Positions 16,449 to 23,999 of a stretch of 24,000 nucleotides of DNA are shown piece after piece. Each line of letters starts with the position of its first letter. Position 1 is the first letter of the stretch. The stretch is from NCBI GenBank assembly GCA_016870115.1, contig VGCH01000003.1:80364-104363 (forward strand). Direction: 5' to 3'. Made by a program: the position numbers and the translations under genes. Under the pieces are notes generated by a model. It did not search any database. It was not told the origin of the DNA and was given only the letters and a program-made list of their open reading frames with translations. This stretch comes from Alphaproteobacteria bacterium (lineage in GTDB: Bacteria > Pseudomonadota > Alphaproteobacteria > Reyranellales > Reyranellaceae).

Positions 16449-18218
16449 CTAGCTGGCGGCGGCCAGCGGCAGATTGAATTGCAAATCCGCCAGTCGCGCA
16501 TAGAGGCCGCCGCGCGCGACGAGTTCGGCATGCCGGCCAATCTCGACGATCCGGCCCTGATCCATCACCACGATCCGGTCCGCTTTCTGGACGGTGGCCA
16601 GACGGTGGGCAATCACGAGGGTCGTGCGCCGATGCATGAGTCGGTCAAGGGCGCGTTGCACCGCCAGCTCGCTCTCCGCATCCAGAGCGCTGGTCGCCTC
16701 GTCTAGGAGCAGGAGCGCAGGATCGCAGAGCAGCGCACGGGCAATCGCGATCCTCTGCCGCTGACCGCCGCTCAACCGGACGCCTCGCGCCCCGAGATCG
16801 GTGTCGAGCCCCTGCGGCAACGCGTCGATGAACCCCAGCGCGGAGGCAGCCTCGGCAGCGGCGCGGATATCGGATTCGCTCGCGCCGGGCCGACCGAACC
16901 CGATGTTCTCGCGTACCGTGGCGCTGAACAGCACCGGGTCCTGGGGCACGACCGCAATGGACCCGCGCAAGTCAGCCAACGCCAGCTGGCGCAGGTCGAG
17001 CCCATCCAGCCGAACGGCGCCCTGCGCCGGGTCGTAGAACCTCAGCAGCAAGTTGAAGAGCGTGGTCTTGCCGGCTCCGGAGGGGCCCACCACGGCGACG
17101 GTCTCGCCGGCCGCAACCTCGAGGTCGACCCGCTCCAGCGCCGTTTCCGTCGGTCGGGCCGGATATCGGAAGGTCACGTCCTCGAACCGCACCCGGCCCT
17201 GAACCGGGCGCGGCAGCGGTGTCGGCGCAGCGGGGTCGGTGATCGCAGGCCGCTCGCGCAACAATTCGTCGAGCCGTTCGGCAGCACCGGCGGCACGCTG
17301 CACGTCACCCAGGGCCTCGCTGATCGCGCCGCCTGCCCCGGCCACCAGCACCGCAAAGAAGACGAAGGCTGACAGGTCACCGGCCGTGATCCGCCCCGAG
17401 ATCACGTCATGGCCGCCCAACCACAGCAGGAAACCGACGGCGGCGAACACGACGAAGATCACCATCGTCGTCATCGTCGCCCGATGGCTGATCCGACGGC
17501 GCGCGGCGCCGAACGCATGCTCGGTCGCTGCCGAGAACCGGCCGGCGGCGCGCTCTTCCTGCGCAAACGCCTGGACCGTCCGGACCGCATCGAGCGACTC
17601 GGCGCCCGTGGCAGTCATGTCGGCGAGCCTTTCCTGGGCTTCGCGCGATAGGCGGCGCACGCGCCGGCCGAAAATCACAATCGGAGCGACGGCGAGTGGC
17701 GCCACGAGCACCGCCGTCAGCGCAAGCTTGGGGCTGGTGACGATCAGCATCGCGATGCCACCGGCGCACATCAACGAATTGCGCAGCACCACCGACAGGG
17801 AGGTGCCCACCACCTGCTCGATCAACTGCGCATCGGCCGAAATCCGGCTCATGATGTCGCCCGAGCGCTTGAGCTCGAACCAGGCCGGCTCCAGCCGGAC
17901 GACATGCGCAAACAGATCGCGCCGCAGATCGGCCACGACTCGTTCGCCAAGCCACGACACCAAGTAGAACCGTGCGCCCGATGCCAATGCCAGCAGTGCG
18001 GCCGCGGCGATCAGCGACGCCAGGGCGTAGTCCAGCACATCGTGCCGGCCTTGTGCGAAGCCTCGATCGATCAACGCCCGCAGGCATGCCCCAAAGGCAA
18101 GCACCGTGGCGGCCGCCAGAACCAGCGACAACAGCGCCCCGACCACGCGCGCGCGATAGGGGCGCAGGTAGGGCCAAAGCAGGCCAAGACCCGCGAAGCG
18201 AGATCGCGCGGCACTCAC
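16449..18218 (-). CDS. ABC transporter, fused permease/ATP-binding half-transporter (type I exporter, ABCB/MsbA/Atm1-like)
   Basis: 589 aa. Six-TM N-terminal domain, Walker A GPSGAGKTT, signature LSGGQRQRIAIARAL, Walker B LLLLDEATSALD and H-loop IAHRL. Its GTG start overlaps the cyaY stop (GTGA at 18215-18218). Confidence 0.9.
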   Translation of the reverse strand: MSAARSRFAGLGLLWPYLRPYRARVVGALLSLVLAAATVLAFGACLRALIDRGFAQGRHDVLDYALASLIAAAALLALASGARFYLVSWLGERVVADLRRDLFAHVVRLEPAWFELKRSGDIMSRISADAQLIEQVVGTSLSVVLRNSLMCAGGIAMLIVTSPKLALTAVLVAPLAVAPIVIFGRRVRRLSREAQERLADMTATGAESLDAVRTVQAFAQEERAAGRFSAATEHAFGAARRRISHRATMTTMVIFVVFAAVGFLLWLGGHDVISGRITAGDLSAFVFFAVLVAGAGGAISEALGDVQRAAGAAERLDELLRERPAITDPAAPTPLPRPVQGRVRFEDVTFRYPARPTETALERVDLEVAAGETVAVVGPSGAGKTTLFNLLLRFYDPAQGAVRLDGLDLRQLALADLRGSIAVVPQDPVLFSATVRENIGFGRPGASESDIRAAAEAASALGFIDALPQGLDTDLGARGVRLSGGQRQRIAIARALLCDPALLLLDEATSALDAESELAVQRALDRLMHRRTTLVIAHRLATVQKADRIVVMDQGRIVEIGRHAELVARGGLYARLADLQFNLPLAAAS

Positions 18219-18523
18219 GCCGGCATCCCGTCGATCCGCGCGCCGAGCTCATCGGCCAGAATAGGGAGAAGGTCGGCTCGTCCCCTCGTGTCCGTCCAGC
18301 GCCTGGTGCCCTCGTCCCAGGCGAAATGGCGCGCTCCGCTCAGGGGCGAGCTCAGCCAGATTTGCCGAGTGGGTGCATGCTTGTTCACGATCCAGATGCC
18401 CTGGTCCGCCTCGATGGTCAGAACGCCCCCGGAACGCTCGGCATCAAGCCCGGCGTCCGCCAGCGCCGTCTCCAGAGCGTCAAGCAGGCGGTCGGCCAGG
18501 GTCTCGAAGTCGCTCTCGTTCAT
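18215..18523 (-). CDS. cyaY: frataxin homolog (iron-sulfur cluster assembly protein CyaY)
   Basis: ATG at 18523. The product MNESDFETLADRLLDALETAL...GGVLTIE...IVNKHAPTRQIWLSSPLSGARHFAW aligns by eye with my recollection of E. coli CyaY (MNDSEFHRLADQL...GGVLTI...IINRQEPLHQVWLA...GGYHF). Confidence 0.88.
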   Translation of the reverse strand: MNESDFETLADRLLDALETALADAGLDAERSGGVLTIEADQGIWIVNKHAPTRQIWLSSPLSGARHFAWDEGTRRWTDTRGRADLLPILADELGARIDGMPA

Positions 18524-18567
18524 CCTGCGCGCCGGTCTAGCGTTCGGCCGCCGACCGGACAACCGGC

Positions 18568-18596
18568 TTGTGGCGCCCCGTCCCCGCCGCTATAAG
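18568..18596 (+). promoter_or_regulatory. candidate sigma70-type promoter of rpmE
   Basis: TTGTGG (18568-18573), a 17-nt spacer, then TATAAG (18591-18596). It lies about 55 nt upstream of the rpmE start. Confidence 0.45.
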
Positions 18597-18652
18597 CCGC
18601 CCCCTGACGCGCGGCCGGTCGGCAATCGGCCCCAAAGGCGCTGGAGATGCAG

Positions 18653-18943
18653 ATGAAAGAGAAGATCCACCCCGACTACCACGAGATCAACGTGGTGATG
18701 ACCGACGGGTCGTCGTTCAAGACCCGGTCTACCTGGGGCAAGGAAGGCGCAACGATGCGCCTGGATATCGATCCCAAGACCCATCCGGCGTGGACCGGCG
18801 TTCGCCAGACGGTTGACCGTGGCGGCCGCGTCCAGCGCTTCAAGGACCGCTTCAGCATGACCGGCGGTCTCGGCGCGGGCACCAAGGCGACCGGCGCCAA
18901 GCCCGAGCCCACACCGACCAAGGGCGCGGCCAAGAAGAAGTAA
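18653..18943 (+). CDS. rpmE: 50S ribosomal protein L31 (Cys-less form) with a C-terminal extension
   Basis: [32 protein letters not shown]...[12 protein letters not shown]...[17 protein letters not shown] lies 6 nt upstream of ATG 18653. An in-frame ATG at 18647 is an alternative start. Confidence 0.9.
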   Translation: MKEKIHPDYHEINVVMTDGSSFKTRSTWGKEGATMRLDIDPKTHPAWTGVRQTVDRGGRVQRFKDRFSMTGGLGAGTKATGAKPEPTPTKGAAKKK

Positions 18944-18961
18944 GGCCGTCCTTCCGGCCTT
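18942..18961 (+). terminator. weak hairpin after rpmE (possible terminator)
   Basis: AAGGCCG-TCCTTC-CGGCCTT, a 7-bp stem followed by TCCC. The stem overlaps the TAA stop. There is no real U-tract. Confidence 0.3.
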
Positions 18962-19001
18962 TCCCTGATAAAGTTGCCGCCATCCCAGTACGGAGGCGGC
19001 C

Positions 19002-21041
19002 GTGCAGTCCATTCGAGTCGTTTGCGCGCATGATTGCCCTGACATGTGCTCGCTGTTGGCGCATGTCGAGGACGGCAAGGTCGTGCGCGTCCAAGGCGAT
19101 CCCGACCATCCCTTCACCGCGGGCTTCGCCTGCGCCAAGGTCAATCGCGATGCCGAGCTGGTGCATTCGCCGGAACGGCTGACGACCCCCCTGCGCCGGA
19201 CCGGAGCCAAGGGCCGCGGCGAGTTCAAGCCGATCGGGTGGGATGAGGCCCTCGACGAGATCGCAACGCGGTGGAAGGCGATCATCGCCGAAGAGGGCCC
19301 GCTTGCGATCCTGGGTTACGCCTATTCGGCGCATCAGGGTCTGATCAATCGCGGACTTCCGAGCGGCCTGTTCCACGCCCTCGGGACCTCGCGTCTGCAA
19401 GCCGGCACGGTGTGCGACACCTGCTGTGAGGAAGCGTGGAACGCCGTCGCGGGGCCGGTCGGCAGCGCCGATCCCGAGTCGGTGGTGCATTCCGACCTCG
19501 TGATCTCCTGGGGCGCCGACCTGGTCGCCACCAACGTCCATTTCTGGGCGATGGCGGAACAGGAACGCAAGAAGCGCGGCCTCAAGATCGTTTGCATCGA
19601 CCCCCGTCGCAGCCGCACCGCGCAAGGCGCGGACTGGCATCTGCCGATCCGTATCGGCACCGATGCCGCGTTGGCGCTCGGCCTCATGCATATCCTCGTG
19701 CGCGACGGCAAGGCGGACCGCGACTACCTCGCCCGCCGGACGCTCGGCTTCGACAAAGTGGAAAGCAGCGTGCTGCCGCGCTTCGCGCCCGCGCGCGTCG
19801 CGGAGATCACCGGTATCCCGGTGGTCGATATCGAGCGGCTGGCGGCGATGTACGGGAACGCCAAGGCGGCGCTCCTGCGTCTGGGCGAGGGCATGACGCG
19901 GCTGACCCACGGCGGCCAGGCACTGCGTACCGTGGCGCTACTGCCCGGTGTCAGCGGACACTACGCGAAGCCTGGCGGCGGTGCGCTGCTGATGACGGCC
20001 GCGTCGTGCGATCTCAACTATGCCGCCGTCCGTCGCCCGTCTGGTCCGGCCACCACCCGCATGGTCAATCACCTGAGGCTGGGTGAGGCGCTCCTCTCGA
20101 TGTCGGGGCCGCGCCTTCGGGCGCTCTATGTTTCCGCAAACAATCCCGCGATCACCTGCCCGGATGTCGGCAAGGTGCGGCGCGGACTCGCGCGGGAGGA
20201 CCTCTTCACGGTCGTGCACGACCCCTTCATGACGGCAACGGCGCGCTACGCCGACATCGTGCTCCCCTCAACCACCTATCTCGAGACCGAGGACCTGTTC
20301 CGCGCGTACGGCGCCTACTGGATGCAATGGGGTCAGCGCGCCGTCGCGCCGCAGGGTGAAGCGCGGTCCAACGCCGACGTGGCGCGCGCCCTCGCAAAAC
20401 GAATGGGACTTACCGACGCCGTCTTCAGCAAGAGCGAGCGCGAGATCGCGCAAATGCTGTTCGTCGGCGCCACGGGCCCGGCGTCGCGCGCGACACCCGA
20501 GCGTCTGTTCGCTGCCGAGCACATCAGCATCGCGCACGACCGACCGGACGGGCAGCCTTTCTCGACGCCGTCCGGCAAGCTCGAATTCGACAGCCAGACG
20601 TTGCGCGACCAGGGGCTGCCGTCGCTGCCCGACTGGACCCCCGATCCGGTCGAGGCCGAGGAGGCACCGCGCTATCCGCTCCGACTGCTGACGGCGCCCG
20701 GCTACTTCCAACCCCACACCGCCTTCTCGGGCGTCGGCTTCCTGCGCAAGCGGGAGGGCGCGCCGATCGCGATCCTGCATCCCGAGGATGCCCGCGCACG
20801 GCGGCTTACCGACGGCGACCGGGTCCGGCTCTACAACGACCGTGGCAGCGTCGGCCTTGTGCTGAAGGTGAGCGACGAGGTGCAGCCGGGCGTCGTGCTC
20901 GTGCCCGGCCAACGCCCCGACGAGGAGGCGGTGTCGGGCACCGTCAACATGCTCTGTTCGGATCGCTACACCGACCTCGGTGAAGGCGCCACCTATCAGA
21001 GCACCTGGCTCGAGATCGCGCCGTGGCAGGCGGCGGCGTGA
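19002..21041 (+). CDS. molybdopterin (bis-MGD) oxidoreductase family protein, cytoplasmic, paralog 2
   Basis: 679 aa. GTG start preceded by GGAGG. N-terminal Cys cluster CAHDCPDMC...CAKV, MopB core (LVISWGADLVATN, IVCIDPRRS, IRIGTDAAL) and C-terminal barrel (HPEDARARRLTDGDRVRL). No Tat signal. Clearly homologous to 11223..13331. Confidence 0.88.
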   Translation: MQSIRVVCAHDCPDMCSLLAHVEDGKVVRVQGDPDHPFTAGFACAKVNRDAELVHSPERLTTPLRRTGAKGRGEFKPIGWDEALDEIATRWKAIIAEEGPLAILGYAYSAHQGLINRGLPSGLFHALGTSRLQAGTVCDTCCEEAWNAVAGPVGSADPESVVHSDLVISWGADLVATNVHFWAMAEQERKKRGLKIVCIDPRRSRTAQGADWHLPIRIGTDAALALGLMHILVRDGKADRDYLARRTLGFDKVESSVLPRFAPARVAEITGIPVVDIERLAAMYGNAKAALLRLGEGMTRLTHGGQALRTVALLPGVSGHYAKPGGGALLMTAASCDLNYAAVRRPSGPATTRMVNHLRLGEALLSMSGPRLRALYVSANNPAITCPDVGKVRRGLAREDLFTVVHDPFMTATARYADIVLPSTTYLETEDLFRAYGAYWMQWGQRAVAPQGEARSNADVARALAKRMGLTDAVFSKSEREIAQMLFVGATGPASRATPERLFAAEHISIAHDRPDGQPFSTPSGKLEFDSQTLRDQGLPSLPDWTPDPVEAEEAPRYPLRLLTAPGYFQPHTAFSGVGFLRKREGAPIAILHPEDARARRLTDGDRVRLYNDRGSVGLVLKVSDEVQPGVVLVPGQRPDEEAVSGTVNMLCSDRYTDLGEGATYQSTWLEIAPWQAAA

Positions 21042-21187
21042 CCCGCGGCCGCGCCCGCGCTGGCATGCGGTGACGTCACTGACGATCCAGATCTGAGCGT
21101 TGCGGGTGCGTGACCGAACGGCCACGCCACTCGAGAAAGAATCGGCGGCGAAGCGAACGCCCCGCCGCGGTTCCGCAAACCATCCCC

Positions 21188-21215
21188 CTTGAAGCCGGGT
21201 CTGGACTCCCCAGAT
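21188..21215 (+). promoter_or_regulatory. sigma32 (RpoH)-like heat-shock promoter upstream of hsp20
   Basis: CCCCCTTGAA (-35 ends at 21193), a 14-nt spacer, then CCCCAGAT (21208-21215). Compare the recalled E. coli sigma32 consensus CCCTTGAA-N13-17-CCCCATNT. Confidence 0.45.
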
Positions 21216-21221
21216 TCCGAC

Positions 21222-21316
21222 GGTCGCTGGTGCCCATCCGGGGCCACGACACTTGAACCGGGCCGCCCGATATCGGGGGACCCATCCGAGGCATCGCTCA
21301 ACAGGAGGATGATCCC
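21222..21316 (+). ncRNA. ROSE-like RNA thermometer (5' UTR of hsp20)
   Basis: The terminal hairpin at 21292-21311 is CAUC-G-CUC / AACAG / GAG-GAUG. The U(U/C)GCU motif (UCGCU, 21294-21298) pairs with the SD AGGAGGA (21303-21309), leaving one bulged G (21296). Upstream are further small hairpins, e.g. the CCCGAUAUCGGG palindrome. The leader is about 95 nt. Confidence 0.55.
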
Positions 21317-21763
21317 ATGCGTGCCACTTTCGACTATTCGCCGTTCTACCGCGCCAGTGTCGGCTTCGACCGGCTGCTCGACCTGCTCGACAGTGCCGCC
21401 AGCCAGCCCGCGAGCAACGGCTACCCGCCCTACAACATCGAGAAGTCCGGCGAGAGCGCCTGGAAGATCGTCATGGCGGTCGCGGGCTTCAGCGAAGCCG
21501 AGCTTGCCATCACCCAGACCGAGAACGAGCTCGCGGTGTCCGGTCGCACCCAGCAGGCCGCCGACGCCAAGCCGCAGTACCTCTATCGCGGCATTGCCGG
21601 CCGCTATTTCGAGCGACGCTTCCAGCTCGCCGACCACGTGAAGGTGGTGGGCGCCGGGCTCGCGAATGGCCTGCTCACGATCGAGCTGGCCCGCGAGGTG
21701 CCAGAGGAGAAGAAGCCGCGCGCGATCCCGATCGGCGCCGCGCGCGGCGCGCTGACGCACTGA
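21317..21763 (+). CDS. Hsp20/alpha-crystallin family small heat-shock protein (IbpA-like)
   Basis: 148 aa. The MRATFDYSPFYRASVGFDRLLDLLD N-terminus resembles IbpA. It has PPYNIEK and an alpha-crystallin domain (IVMAVAGFSEAELAITQTENELAVSG ... NGLLTIEL). Confidence 0.92.
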   Translation: MRATFDYSPFYRASVGFDRLLDLLDSAASQPASNGYPPYNIEKSGESAWKIVMAVAGFSEAELAITQTENELAVSGRTQQAADAKPQYLYRGIAGRYFERRFQLADHVKVVGAGLANGLLTIELAREVPEEKKPRAIPIGAARGALTH

Positions 21764-21782
21764 GCGGAGAGACCTCGTGACG

Positions 21783-21811
21783 GAACCCGCCGCCCTCGGG
21801 GCGGCGGGTTC
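21783..21811. terminator. GC-rich perfect hairpin between convergent hsp20 and the FAH gene (possible bidirectional terminator)
   Basis: GAACCCGCCGCCC-TCG-GGGCGGCGGGTTC, a 13-bp perfect stem with a 3-nt loop. Neither side has a U-tract. Confidence 0.5.
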
Positions 21812-21823
21812 TCGTTGCGCCGC

Positions 21824-22753
21824 CTACTTCGCGTACTTGCCGGTCGTTTGCGGCGTGTGAGCGCCCTCGCCGCCGCGCTCCTTGTGCTGCAGGCGCGTCA
21901 CGCGACCCCAGCCGCGCTTGAGATCGTCGCGGACCGCGATCCTCAGCGTGCCGATCTTCTCGATCGTGAGTTCGACCTTGTCGCCATCCATGAACGGATG
22001 GAGTCCGCGGTGGTTGGTGCCCGTCGCCAGCAGATCCCCCGGCTCCAGCGTATGGATCGAACTCGCCCACTCGATGCAGTGTGGGATTTTGTGCGCCATG
22101 TCATCGGTATTGAAGTCCTGCATCGTCTGGCCGTTGTTGGTCAGCCGGATGGCGAGCTTCTGGGGCTCGGGAATCTCGTCGGCGGTCACCAGACACGGCC
22201 CGATCGGCGCGAACGTGTCGCGCGACTTGGCCTGAAAGAACACGTTGTTGGCCGGCGGCAGCCCTCGCGCCGAGCCGTCGATGAAGCAGGTATAGCCGAA
22301 CACGTGCTTCATCGCGTCGGCCTGGCTCACGCGCGTCGCCCGCTTGCCGATCACCAGCGCAAGCTCCGCCTCGCCTTCGAAGACGCTGGCGGGGGCATCC
22401 GGCAGCACCATCGTGTCGCCATCGCCGATAATCGCGGTCGCCGCCTTGTGGAAGGCATTGATCGGCGCCGGCTCTTTCAGCGTGCCGTTCTCCATGTAGT
22501 TCACGGCCATGCACACGATGTTGCCGGGCTTGGGCAGCGGCGGCCGCAGACGCACACCCGCGAGCGGCACCCCGGGACTGGACTGCGCCGCCTTCTCAAG
22601 CCGCGGCCGGTAGGCATCGAAGCGCGCGATCAGGCCGGACATCAGGTCGCCCGGTCCGGTGTGGGGAATGTCGCGAACCTCCGCCGTCACATCGACCACC
22701 TGCTCTCCGCGCAGCACCCCCAGATGCCAGTCGTCGAACATCACAAGCTTCAT
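21824..22753 (-). CDS. fumarylacetoacetate hydrolase (FAH) family protein
   Basis: 309 aa. FAH-fold C-terminal domain pattern (KPGNIVCMAVNY, FEGEAELALVIGK, GYTCFIDGSARG, FAPIGPCLVT, GDLLATGT). Confidence 0.85.
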   Translation of the reverse strand: MKLVMFDDWHLGVLRGEQVVDVTAEVRDIPHTGPGDLMSGLIARFDAYRPRLEKAAQSSPGVPLAGVRLRPPLPKPGNIVCMAVNYMENGTLKEPAPINAFHKAATAIIGDGDTMVLPDAPASVFEGEAELALVIGKRATRVSQADAMKHVFGYTCFIDGSARGLPPANNVFFQAKSRDTFAPIGPCLVTADEIPEPQKLAIRLTNNGQTMQDFNTDDMAHKIPHCIEWASSIHTLEPGDLLATGTNHRGLHPFMDGDKVELTIEKIGTLRIAVRDDLKRGWGRVTRLQHKERGGEGAHTPQTTGKYAK

Positions 22754-22794
22754 CGTCGTCTCCCCGATTGCCAGTTGGCGGCGACCCTACGCCC

Positions 22795-22815
22795 CCGTAG
22801 CGTAGGACGACAGAG
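22795..22815. promoter_or_regulatory. palindromic candidate operator in the FAH / VOC-dioxygenase divergent promoter region
   Basis: CCTACGC-N7-GCGTAGG is a perfect 7-bp inverted repeat. CTACG-N4-CGTAG is nested within it. The site sits in the middle of the 83-bp divergent intergenic region. Confidence 0.3.
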
Positions 22816-22836
22816 TGGACCGGCGGAGGATGACCG

Positions 22837-23787
22837 ATGAGCGGAATAAAGGTGCGCGACCTCGCCTGGGGCCGGTTCGCGGCGCCGGACCTCGATCGCG
22901 CGGAACAGTTCCTGACCGACTTCGGCCTCACACGGCTCGAGCGGAGCGCCGACCGCCTCTACATGCGGGGCGCCGATGGCGGCCCGTTCCTGCACGTCAC
23001 CGAGCAGGGCGATCCGCGATTTCTTGGGGCGGCCTTCCTGCTGGACTCCGCCGACGATCTCGCTCGGGCGGCGCGCCTGCCCGGCGCCTCGGCGATCGAG
23101 CCGCTCGACGGCCCGTGCGACGGCCAGCGCGTGCGCGTCACCGAGCCCAACGGGTACGTCATCGAGCTGGTCCATGGCATGACGCCGCTCGCTCCGATGG
23201 CAGTGCCCCGCGATCCAACCAACAGTGGGGCCGAGCCATTGCGCCGCGCCGGCCGGATGATGAGGCTGTCGCGATCGCCAACGCCGATCCGGCGCAGCGG
23301 GCATCTAGTTCTCACCACGCCGCGCGTCGCCGAAACCGTCGCGTGGTTCCGGACCAACCTCGGACTCCTGCGGTCCGACGACCTGCTCGATGGATCGCCG
23401 GATCGGATCGTCGGCTCCTTCAACCGGCTGGACCGCGGCGAGGAGTTCGTCGATCACCACGTGCTCTTCTGTGCCTATGGCGAGCGGGCCGGGCTCAATC
23501 ATCTCTCGTTCGAGGTGAGCGACATAGACGCGGTGTTCCAGGACCACGAGTATCTGAAGGGTCTCGGACGCTACGAGCACATGTGGGGCATCGGCCGGCA
23601 CAAGCTCGGAAGCCAGGTCTACGACTACTGGTGCGATCCGTGGGGCCGCGTTCACGAGCGCTGGGCCGACTCCGACCGACTGAACGCGGCAAACGGTGGC
23701 AACCTCGTGGACGTCACGCGCGAGAACGTCGCTTCACAGTGGGGCGATCCGTTCCCGCCGCGCTTCAGGGGCTGGGCAAGCCCCTGA
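22837..23787 (+). CDS. two-domain VOC (glyoxalase/extradiol ring-cleavage dioxygenase) family protein
   Basis: 316 aa. GGAGG lies 7 nt upstream of the ATG. It has two VOC-like modules (VRDLAWGRFAAPDLDRAEQFLTDFGL... and SGHLVLTTPRVAETVAWFRTNLGL...HHV...LNHLSFEV), as in catechol 2,3-dioxygenase-like enzymes. Confidence 0.78.
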   Translation: MSGIKVRDLAWGRFAAPDLDRAEQFLTDFGLTRLERSADRLYMRGADGGPFLHVTEQGDPRFLGAAFLLDSADDLARAARLPGASAIEPLDGPCDGQRVRVTEPNGYVIELVHGMTPLAPMAVPRDPTNSGAEPLRRAGRMMRLSRSPTPIRRSGHLVLTTPRVAETVAWFRTNLGLLRSDDLLDGSPDRIVGSFNRLDRGEEFVDHHVLFCAYGERAGLNHLSFEVSDIDAVFQDHEYLKGLGRYEHMWGIGRHKLGSQVYDYWCDPWGRVHERWADSDRLNAANGGNLVDVTRENVASQWGDPFPPRFRGWASP

Positions 23788-23999
23788 TCGCGCGCCACAC
23801 AGCTTCCGGCGTGGCGGGCATCGGCACATCCTTCACGCCGAGCGGCGCCAGCGTATCCATGATGGCATTCATCACCGCCGGCATCGCACCGACCGTGCCC
23901 GCCTCGCCCGCTCCCTTGGCGCCCAGCGGGTTGAGCTTCGTCGGCACCGGATGGCTTTTCACTTCTATGTACGGCAGCGTATCGGCCCGCGGGATCGCG
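23765..23999 (-). CDS. xanthine dehydrogenase / CO dehydrogenase (CoxL) family molybdopterin-binding subunit, C-terminal end only (5' part outside window)
   Basis: The minus-strand frame is open to the window edge: AIPRADTLPYIEVKSHPVPTKLNPLGAKGAGEAGTVGAMPAVMNAIMDTL...PATPEAVWRAI. NPLGAKG.GE.G...PA..NAI is the typical C-terminal motif of this family. The M in the ORF track is an internal GTG. Confidence 0.75.
   Translation of the reverse strand, partial: AIPRADTLPYIEVKSHPVPTKLNPLGAKGAGEAGTVGAMPAVMNAIMDTLAPLGVKDVPMPATPEAVWRAIRGLPSP

Noticed and set aside
21076-21294. 72-aa minus-strand ORF and 150-aa plus-strand ORF (21189..21641) in the hsp20 leader and coding region.
   Set aside because: They overlap the promoter, the leader and the clearly supported hsp20 frame. 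Their composition is Arg/Pro/Ser-rich and they carry no motifs.
1-23999. Search for tRNA, rRNA, CRISPR arrays, IS elements or transposases, integrases, prophage genes, toxin-antitoxin pairs or known defence genes.
   Set aside because: None was seen. Intergenic space is minimal, no direct-repeat arrays or terminal inverted repeats were noticed, and every long ORF with sensible composition matches a housekeeping or metabolic family. The only exceptions are the secreted hypothetical protein and the VWA protein.
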